DNA from: Macrostomum lignano
Lineage: Eukaryota
NCBI GenBank assembly: GCA_002269645.1
Contig: NIVC01001486.1
Span: 248,001 to 312,000, forward strand
Length of the DNA: 64,000 bases
Direction of reading: 5' to 3'
Below, in pieces: positions 1-8,852 of the stretch. How positions within the stretch are numbered: the first letter of the stretch is position 1; the number at the start of each line of letters is the position of its first letter. The notes beneath the pieces are model-generated. The model ran no database searches and was not told the DNA's origin. It worked only from the letters and a program-made list of their open reading frames with translations. Made by a program: the position numbers and the translations under genes.

Positions 1-28
1 ACAACAAACCCGACTTTCTCCCATCCAG

Positions 29-153
29 GCGCCACCAAGTGGGACCTCGACAACACCATCGGGATTCACCCGACCAACGCCGAGTGGTTCACCGGCCTGG
101 ATGTGGTCAAAGGCAGCGGAGTGTCCGCCGCCGCAACAGGTTGCTGAGGTTAG
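29..153 (+). CDS. Terminal coding exon of a selenocysteine-containing thioredoxin reductase / thioredoxin-glutathione reductase (TrxR/TGR)
   Basis: Acceptor ttctcccatccag|GC at 28/29. Translation (G)[50 protein letters not shown] is the conserved dimer-interface motif of pyridine nucleotide-disulphide oxidoreductases, and C-terminal GCUG is diagnostic of animal TrxR/TGR. Sec codon at 145-147, stop at 151-153. TXNRD versus TGR cannot be told apart without the upstream exons. Confidence 0.93.
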
Positions 154-780
154 CTTGGAACAGGCGGCATTTTTGCACTGGCGCTGCTCGCAAATTAACT
201 GCTCAAATCTTCTTTGAGCTGCTTGTTTGTTGAGTAGCGCCTTGCGCCTGTTCCAAGTTTTCTAATGACTCTGTCCTCCACCTCTCTGTCTCCAAGATCC
301 TTGTTTCCTGTAGAGTCACCCAGTATGCCTTGATTGTTGAATTAATTTTTATCATTCCCTCCTAAAGAATTAGTCTTTAAAAATAACGGTGGGTGATCAG
401 AATAAATGGGACTAAATCTGAATTGAAGAATATCCCAAATTTGGAGAGCAACTCTCAACTATCATTGAAGTCATTTGTTGTGTTTCTTTCACAAAAAGGC
501 CAGTTTTTTACACATGGATGCAAACTTTTCCCATGTTATTTGATCACCCATCCACGTCAGCAAAATAATTGACTGTCAGTATATTTGGTTCTTCAGTTTC
601 GGTACATGAGATGACCTATATATTATTCCGCATGTGAATTTAAAAATCGCTCAGTTCGGTGAATCAGTGATTTATATATTTTGTATTTTATATGCGCCTA
701 CATAGATGGCTCAATATGCTCCCGGTTATTAACAACCCTGCCGTCTCCCTCTCACTCCTGTCCTCTGCTCTCAACTGAGT

Positions 781-863
781 ATCCTCGAGCTCATGACCGA
801 TCGGCCGATAAAAAGTGTCTTCACACTGGGGCTTCGATCGCGACAAACTGCTCATTCGAGGAT
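781..863 (+). promoter_or_regulatory. SECIS element (type II-like) in the TrxR/TGR 3' UTR
   Basis: Helix I ATCCTCGA(781-788)/TCGAGGAT(856-863). Core ATGAC(793-797)/CGAC(841-844) gives tandem G.A pairs. Helix II CGATCGG(798-804)/TCGATCG(834-840). An A-run at 810 lies 12 nt after the core. Apical mini-stem AGTGT-CTTC-ACACT (814-827). It lies downstream of an in-frame Sec TGA. Confidence 0.82.
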
Positions 864-1339
864 CGTGCCCGCCACCCTGAATTATCTTATCCTAGCGCCT
901 TTGTGAAAGTCAAAGACAACACGGTTAATATTTACTATAATAATCTAACTATTCTTTGGGCTAGCATATTTTATTTAAATATTACCGATTGCTTGGTCCT
1001 TTGTTTTTTTGTTTTTTTAATCGAATTTTGATGACGTAATTATAAAAGATTCATGCGGTAATCGGATGTGTCTAAAAGCTGAGATAGATGGCTTTAGTGA
1101 CTGTAGAAGGCCAAAACCTACATGTAGTTTATTATTATTTTCTTTTCTTGACTCTTCATCAGGGGGGGGGGCAGATCGCAAGTTTAGCGCACTATTAAAT
1201 CAATTCGTTTGAAATGATGGATTTCGGCTCGCTTTAAACACTAGGCTGAGCAAAGATGGCCTGGGTTCAGCCACTCTGCTGGAGCTACAAGTTACGGCTC
1301 CATATTCTTGCTTCTTACAAGAAAATTTAACGGAAATTG

Positions 1340-1700
1340 ATGCGTGACTTCGCTCGCAGTCTTCGTCTTTCTGTCAATCAAAGCACGTGAGAGAAGTTAT
1401 TCTCAGGAAGCTGGGAGGGAAGCTGATTCTACAGGCTTTCCTTCATCGCAGCTTTTCGACAGAGGCGGGCATTGTTTGCCCAGACAAAAAAACAATATTT
1501 TCTCTTCCTGTGGCTGAACCAAGGAAGCAGCACTTCCTCTGGCATAGAGTCCGAGAGACGCTGTGAGGTTTCTTTTGCTTCTAGCAACTTTTCTTGACTC
1601 ATTCGTTTCGATCTGGTAGCGATTCATGTAGCAAACAGGCTCCGTTAGATTTATGCTGCAGATTTTTGCCTTCTTTTAATAAGACTTCTCTGTCTTATTA
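1340..1700. repeat. Duplicated block E (related copies at ~5580-6220, ~15900-16270, ~19085-19540)
   Basis: Shared strings such as gtcttcgtct.tctgtcaatcaa..cgtgagagaa..gttatt.ccaggaagctggga and ggctgaa.caaggaagcagcacttcctc recur at these positions. Confidence 0.8.
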
Positions 1701-1813
1701 AAATTCGGCATTAACGATGGCTTTGTGTATTTTACTTCTTAGACTGCGTTCAGTTGGATTTTCAGTGTCACTCCTGACTTCCGGTATGCCGTTGCTATGC
1801 TGTTGTTATGCCG

Positions 1814-2573
1814 CTAGTCGCGCTGGTAGAGAGTCCAGTCGGGTCCGGTCAGGCTGGCTGGCGGGTAGGCGAACGCCAGCAGGTGGCAGGCGAGCAGCCG
1901 CTGGGAGAAAACAGCGGCCTGACAGTCGGCTCTGGCGCTGCACCGGAGCAGGCAGTCAGCGTCAGTCTGGGCAGCGGTCGGCCAGGACGAGGTCCTGGAG
2001 CTGTCGGTCTTGATGATGAGGCTGTTGCTTTTTACCACCGTGTAAAGGTTTTCTGAAAAAAAGTTAAAATTTGCATGTACGCTTGTCGCTTGATGAAGGT
2101 TATTGCCAAAAGTACACAGAACTGTTTTGTGTACTTTTCCAATATATCGAAAGCCGCTTACTGAAGTTTGTGTAGCTCAGATAGAACACCGAGTTGCGAT
2201 TTGGGCCACCGCACGTCTGCAGCGGGTTTCCTGTGCACTCTCTCTTGCAGTCGCCCTCGTTTCCTTTGCCCTGCGATCCATACGAGTTTCCACAGAAGCA
2301 CTGCAAACCAACCTGCACGCCGAAGTACGAGAATCCGCCCAGAGAGCAGGCGCTGCTGCACAGCTCGAGACTCATGCTGGTGCTGTAAATCACTGGGTCA
2401 GTAGAGTGAACTTTGAACGGACCCAGCTGGGTGACTCCACTTAGCGCGGTCAAGTCTCTAGCATGATCGGTGTAATCTACATAGCATCCAACATAGGTGT
2501 GATTGACCATCTTGCAGATCACGCAGGTCAGTAGTGCACAGAAAAATACAGTCAGCTGCAAAACTTGCGGCAT
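1814..2573 (-). CDS. WP1: secreted WSC + PAN/Apple-like protein, intact, 216 aa
   Basis: Exon 1 2573-2162 (MPQVLQLTVFFCALLTCVICK..YVGCYVD..MSLELCSSAC..GVQVGLQCFCGNS..DC..C.G..C.GG.NRNSVF), donor A|gtaagc. 109-bp intron. Acceptor tttttcag|. Exon 2 2052-1814 (..DCLLRCSARADCQAAVFSQRLLACHLL..WTLYQRD*). The exons join in frame. Confidence 0.9.
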
Positions 2574-3181
2574 GTTACTTTCAAGTTTATAGTTGATCAC
2601 TGTATTTTCAGAAACTGCTCAAAGCCCTAAGGATCAGTTTTAAAACGGCTTTTATGGCTACTTAGTGGAGTGGTTTTGGCCAGCCGCAGCGGCATTGGAT
2701 AATCTAGAAGGCACCAATCAGCTTACAGAAAAGCAGCGTGCTTTACATTTGTACATTTCGCAAGGGATGAGTTCTGGAAATGTCAGTTCATTAATCCGGT
2801 CTGTTAATTCTTGCTGATTTTCGATCAAGCACACAACTCATAAAAGCATCTACATGTATCAGCTATCAAAAGATGAACATTGGATCCATCTCTTCTATCA
2901 TAAAGCAATAACTAATAATCTTCGTAATGTACATGTACTCGTATTTTTTCAGTAGCTAAAACCAGCCTCCTAAAATGTTTCAAGAAATATATACAGTTTC
3001 CTGTCTTACTTGAGTAGTCCTTGAGCACGCATGCTTCCCGGAGATTTTGTTTGGCTTGCTTTGAATTCGTTTGGGATCTGAGCGGCTTTTTATTTCATGC
3101 ATCGGGCCGGGTCCCTTGGCCAATAGACTAAGCACAGATGACATTGCAGGCTTTTGACATAGACCAAATCGGGAGTACGAC

Positions 3182-4218
3182 GTTTGCTTGCGGGAAGTTT
3201 GCTTGCCGAACTTTGCTTGCCGAATTTTGCTTGCCGAACTTTGCTTGCCGAACTTTGCTTGCCGAATTTTGCTTGCCGAATTTTGCTTGCAGGAAATTTT
3301 CTTGCCGAACTTTGCTTGCAGGAATTTTGCTTGCGGAATTTTGCTTGCCGAATTTTGCTTGCAGGAAATTTTCTTGCTGTACATAAGCTTGCCGAACTTT
3401 GCTTGCAGGAAATTTGCTTGCGGAATTTTGCTTGCTGAAGTTTGCTCGCCGAACTTTGCTTGCAGGAAATTTTCTTGCGACGTTTGCCACCCAAAGTTTT
3501 GCGGGACCTTAAAGAAACCTATTTTTGAGCTCTTGTGTTTCTAATTTTCATTTTCTAAGATTCGTGGAAGCATTCTATATACTACATTCTTAGAATGAAA
3601 CTCTATAAGCCTAGTTTGAAAGCTTAGTGTCAAGTCAGTTTACGTCGACCCTGATAAGAATCCACTTGCAAAGCATCTGTAGTAAGTAATAATTGACTGA
3701 CCAATTTTACAAGCAATCAAAACAAGCAAGCAAACAAGAAAATAATTCTGCAAGTTAAAACCTTGCGATTGTGTGATTACAAATTTCTAGAAAGCAGACA
3801 TCAAAATTTCGCAAGCAGACTTCGGCAAGCAAAATTCCTGCAAGCAAAGCTCGGCAAGCAAACTTCGGCAGGCAAAGTTCCTGCAAGCAAATTTCCTGCA
3901 AGCAAAGTTCGGCGAGCAAACTTCAGCAAGCAAAATTCCGCAAGCAAAGTTCGGCAAGCAAAGTTCGGCAAGCAAAATTCGGCAAGCAAAGTTCGGCAAG
4001 CAAAATTCGGCAAGCAAATTTCCTGCAAGCAAAGTTCGGCAAGCAAAATTCGGCAAGCAAAGTTCGGCAAGCAAAGTTCGGCAAGCAAAGCTCGGCAAGC
4101 AAACTTCGGCAGGCAAAATTCCGCAAGCAAAGTTCGGCAAGCAGACTTCGGCAAGCAAAATTCTGCAAGCAAAATTCGGCAAGCAGACTTCGGCAAGCAA
4201 ATTTCCGCAAGCAAATTT
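3182..4218. mobile_element. Foldback-like element: two inverted arrays of a 14-15 bp unit (GCAAGCAAA[G/A]TTCG) around a ~325-bp spacer
   Basis: Left arm ~3182-3478 is (tttgcttgccgaa..)n. Right arm ~3804-4218 is the reverse complement (ggcaagcaaa.ttc)n. No coding capacity. Confidence 0.6.
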
Positions 4219-4557
4219 CATAGACCCGACCAAATCTGAGGGAAAGGCAGATATCTGAGAAATTATCGAGTTTTATATTCTCGATGCGAATCGAGATCTG
4301 TGGCTTATCGATTTAGGTCACGATTACTTTCGATTAACAATGCTTGTTTTTCGAGAACTTAATGACGAAAGTGCAGTTCTTCGTTCTCTCTTCGTTTCTT
4401 ACACGTTATTTTGTTCCAACAGAAATTCCAAAGTACTATATACTCGTATATTGATATATATTGACAATAATTTATTGGCCCGGTCAAGTAAATTTCTTTC
4501 GCATCAAATAAATGGTATATATTTAATGTTTACTCTTTACTTCTTAAAATATTTTAA

Positions 4558-5055
4558 ATTCCCCATTTATTTTGTTGTCTAGCGGGCAAAAGCAAGAGGT
4601 GTCTCGTTTATTGACCGAGGCGAAGCCGAGGTCAATGATCGAGACACCGAGTGCTTTTGGCCCTAGACAGCTAAATGAGTGGGGAATATGATATGTATCC
4701 CCCGTTCGTTGTCTATGGTTGTTGTCTCGAATTTATCAGCCCGCGGGGCAGCGGGAAATAAATGATTTATTCACCTAGGGAAATAAATGAAAACATGCGT
4801 CACATAGACACTCGCCCGGGGCAAAAGGGGGATACATGCTTTTCTTAGTCTATGACCGCGGGCCTAACTGGGTAATAAGTATATAATCTCCCGTTTATTT
4901 ATTTATCTGTGGCCGTCTGAACGACTGAGAACTCGTTTCTCGGCCGAGGCCTGAGAAACGAGTTTGAAGTCGTTATGGCCATATACAAATGAATAAACGG
5001 GAGAGATAGTATTTTTCCACAACTTGGCTCGGTCTTGTGGAAAAAAAGAACTATA
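4558..5055. repeat. Four consecutive long imperfect hairpins, probably the terminal region of a Crypton-like element
   Basis: Hairpins at 4558-4687 (apex gaggcgaagccga), 4693-4837, 4887-5004 (apex ggccgaggcc) and ~5006-5055. The arms were paired by eye. Confidence 0.75.
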
Positions 5056-5131
5056 GCTCAACAGTCTATGGTTCTGATCGAAACGGAACAGTCCCGAGTT
5101 TGATGCGATAGCGATAGTTTGATGCTGTGTA

Positions 5132-5299
5132 CGCAATTTGCGTAAGACTACAGCTACGCTGCTCGACGAGGCTGGGCTTCAACGGCCTGACATTTGCCGC
5201 GTCACAGGCCATTCGAGCTCTGCTCTTGAGCGCTATGTTGGAGTGTCAGTGAAGAAGCAAATCAGCTGCAGTGCTCTGATCAGCCGCTCTGCTGTATAG
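5132..5299 (+). pseudogene. C-terminal fragment of a tyrosine recombinase (Crypton / DUF3504-like)
   Basis: Translation RNLRKTTATLLDEAGLQRPDICRVTGHSSSALERYVGVSVKKQISCSALISRSAV*. This fits the H-x-L-R...A-G...I...T-G-H-x-S...Y catalytic end of tyrosine recombinases; the first His is CGC (Arg). There is an in-frame stop at 5120-5122 upstream. Confidence 0.7.
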
Positions 5300-6347
5300 G
5301 TGCTGCAGATGCTTCGACCTCAAGGACTCCGACGGTTGCCACTGCTCGTGATGCTGGAGGCTTGTCAGCAGATTTATCAAAGCAGCAGGTGATGCATAAA
5401 AAGGCCCACAAAATTGTCTCCAGTCGTTGATGTAATTTTACAGGTATGAAAATTAGTTTTACTCGATATAAGACAGCCCGAGTGCATGTACATAGTACGA
5501 GTCCATGGTATCAGCCCAGGCTTTGTCTCGCAATACCAAATGCTCGTAGCTGGGTGGGGGGGGCATCATCGTGGCGCCACTGCGACAGCCAGACAGAAAC
5601 TTTGTCAATTTCTCACTTCCGACCAGAAAACTTTCTCAGGGCTATCTAATCCCAACTCTTTCTCTGACTAGTGCTTATTCTTGTAGCTTGGGACAGTTTG
5701 AGAAGGAAGTCTTTTGTCTCTTTGTTTCAGTGCTTTTTTGTGTTTTTCACTCGCTTTCTTTGCATTGCACCCGAGCACAAGGAAAGTTTTCGCTCAGGAA
5801 GCCAAAAAAGTTGTTTCTATAGAGAAGTAGCTCCATATTCTTGCTCCTTGTTGTGTGTCTTCGCTTGCAAATCTTGTCTCTATGTGAATCAAGCCACGCG
5901 AGAGAAAAGTTATTCTCAGGAAACTGGGAAGCTGAAGCTGTTTCTAATAGAGGCTATAGAAGCGGGCATTGTTTGCAATTTTTCCCTTGCTGCCTGTGGC
6001 TCAATCGAAGAAGCAGCACTTCCTCCTCTTGCCACTTCCTCTCGCATAGAGTCAGAGAGACGCTGCGAGGTGTCTTCTGCTGCTAGCAACTTTTCTTGGC
6101 TTATTCGTTTCGGTCTGGTAGCGAGTAGCGATTTCAGTGGCAGACAGGCTCTGTTAAAACCGTTAGATTTATGCTGCAGATTTTTGCCAAGACTTCTCTG
6201 TCTTATTAGAATTCGGCATTAACGATGGCTTTGTGTATTTTACTTCTTAGACTGCGTTCAATTGGTTTGTTTGCTAAAAATGTTTTCAAGTATTTTCAGT
6301 GTCACTGCTGACTTCCGGTATGCCGTTGCTATGCTGTTGTTATGCCG

Positions 6348-7231
6348 CTAGTCGCGCTGGTAGAGAGTCCAGTCGGGTCCGGTCAGGCTGGCTGGCGGGT
6401 AGGCGAACGCCAGCAGGTGGCAGGCGAGCAGCCGCTGGGAGAAAACGGCGGCCTGACAGTCGGCTGTGGCGCTGCACCGGAGCAGGCAGTCCGCATCAGA
6501 CTGGGCAGCGGCCGGCCAGGACGTCTTGGAGCCGTCGGTCTTGATGAAGAGGCTGTTGTTCTTTACCACCGTGTAAAGGTTTTCTGAAAGAGGCACAGCA
6601 TGAATCATCTGGTGGTTGAATGCACTGATACTTTAAACTAAGACACTTTGGCTTTAATAAACACTTTTGGCACGTAAATTGCATTTGGAGAATCTTATTT
6701 GACTGTTTCAAAAGTATCAGAGTCAGTCGAGACTTAACTACACTCCTACTAAACAAGCAAAACCCACGAGTTCAGTTCACAACAGTGAAAATGCGATCCC
6801 AGTACGTCATGCTTACTAAAGTTCGAGTAGTTCAAGGAGTACACAGAGTTTCGGTTGATGCCGCCGCACCTCTGCAGCGGGTTTCCTCTGCAATTTTTAT
6901 TGCAGTCGTCGTCTTTGGCGGCGACGCCCTGCGATCCGAATGAGTTGCCGCAGAAGCACTGGGTTTCGGACTGCACGCCGAAGTGCGAGAACCTCCCCAG
7001 GGAGCAGACGCTGCTGCACAGCTCAATTGTCATTTCGTCACTGTTAACTAGCGGTGCAGCCGGCTGAACATGAAATTTGCCTAATTGTTTCAGGCCACTT
7101 AGTCCTGTCATGTCTCTACTTCCGTTCGTGTTGTCCACGTAGCAGCCCAAGTAGGAATGATTCAGTAGCTTGCAGGCCGCGCTGGTAAGCAGAGCGAAGA
7201 GAAAAACTAACTCTGGCGAAACCCCCGCCAT
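6348..7231 (-). CDS. WP2: secreted WSC + PAN/Apple-like protein, intact, 216 aa
   Basis: Exon 1 7231-6817 (MAGVSPELVFLFALLTSAACK..), donor A|gtaagc. 233-bp intron. Exon 2 6583-6348. In frame. Confidence 0.9.
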
Positions 7232-8710
7232 GGTGCCTGATGGCTGTCGTTTAAAGACCATCACGCGCGTCAATCCTCTGTTGTACACAAATTTATAAGC
7301 AATGATCCTCGTCAGTCTCATTTTTATTGGATAAAATACGAGCCTATCAGGGACCGATCAGCTAGGTTGAAAGCTTACTGAAAATTCATTGCGAGTAATG
7401 GTGAGAAGATAATCCTTATTTAAGTGAGGAGATCAGAAGGTTGACAAAACTTAGAAGTTTTTTTATGACCTGCGGTGCAGGTCACCCGTTCGATATTGAG
7501 ATAGATTACTTGTTTCAATTCGTCAGGAAGAGGTTTTAAGGCTGAATCGCGAAGACAAAGTGTGGTGCAATGTACATGTAGATAATATAGAGTCCTTTAT
7601 ATTAAAAATTTCAAGATTGATTGTTTAATTTAGATGGACTTGCCGGATATGGTAATTCGGTGAATTTTGCACTGCAACCGCTTTTGAAACCATTAATGGC
7701 ACTGTTTCAAGTTCTCAGAGGGTGTACACCGGACCTGGATTTCTAACCTGCCCCACAATCAGAACACAATTTCCTTTTTAAACTACTATAGGTAATATGT
7801 CTATGAATTCTAGTGATAAAAAATGAATTGAGCCTTTGATAGACCATGTTGAGTGAGCATTTCCTGTCTGACTTTTGTAATTCAGGTTTTGTTTGTGTAC
7901 TCAGTTTTGGTTGGCGCCTAAGGGACAGCTTAGAATTACCTGAACATCACCGATAGACAAATAACCCTAGACAAAAACCATAGAAACATAATCATAGACA
8001 AATACCCATAAACAGATTTCCACTGCTCGCACACATGCGTTACAGATGGACACGAAACTTTAGCAAAGCAGACAATATTGTTCCTGTACTGTTCCTTTAT
8101 GCTTGAATTACATGGAGATGCGATGACTAGGACGGTATTAATTGACAGCTCATCTTTTCATGAGTAGCCCGTTATAATCAAACATCTGTGCATGGTCGTA
8201 ACTCTAAAATAAGGCCTACTAGTACTCGTAGAGAGGCCAGCAAGGAGTCTCAGAAGTCAGCTGCCTACGATCGGAAATTTGGAAGTTTGTCAAAAATTTT
8301 CTCTATCGGCGCGTGAAAAAACAAGATGCATACAGCGCTCAGCTAGCAGTCTTGAATTCAGCACGTGGGTGCGAGAATCTTCCCAGCTTTCGACTGGCTT
8401 TCTGTAAATACGACACTTTAGCATAAACACCTGAGAACACCTGAAAACTCAAGCAAATTCCTTGGAAGGCTCAGGAGACTCGCAGCTGCTCCAATGTGGT
8501 AGGAAAATCGTTGACAAAAGCTAAGGTTTTTTTACTTTTTTTGCCTTCTTTGAAGGGAAAACTCTTTAAGAAATGTTTTCTCAGAAAGGCTGGTAGGTAG
8601 AACTGAGCAATGCGGCATTCACGACTTAATAGCTTAACAATTCTCACTAGAAAAATAGGAATAAAGTTTCTTGGTATTCTGTTGCATTTGTATTGAGCAG
8701 CGGCTCTCTG

Positions 8711-8852
8711 ATGACACCCGAGTAAGCTGCGCCAAAGTCTGCCCGATCTGTAGATTTCCCTACCTGGGAGTGTCAGGGGCGGCTCGCGGTGCATGCGCGG
8801 CTCCTCCTATGGATCGCTGGGGCCGGCCAGCGAGACCGACTGCAGCAACTCC
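8711..8852 (+). pseudogene. Inverted, frameshifted WSC-exon fragment
   Basis: Across frames it reads MTPE/SCAKVCPICRFPYLGVSG/CMRGSSYGSLGPASETDCSN, which aligns with the family consensus MTHELCSSVCSLGRFPYFGVQVG.QCFCGSSYGSQG.A.ESDCS. Confidence 0.65.

Noticed and set aside
39-233. ORF-track 64-aa ORF MGPRQHH..
   Set aside because: Wrong frame. The real coding frame is the TrxR/TGR exon 29-153, interrupted by the Sec TGA.
265-318. ATGACTCT..AGAGTCA hairpin as a SECIS
   Set aside because: It pairs by Watson-Crick through the ATGA, with no opposing GA quartet and no correctly spaced AA. The 781-863 structure fits much better.
2980-4239. Many 80-160 aa ORFs rich in ACRTLLAELCLPNF / ASKVRQAKFGKQ
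   Set aside because: They are translations of the 14-15 bp inverted minisatellite arms, open in several frames on both strands.
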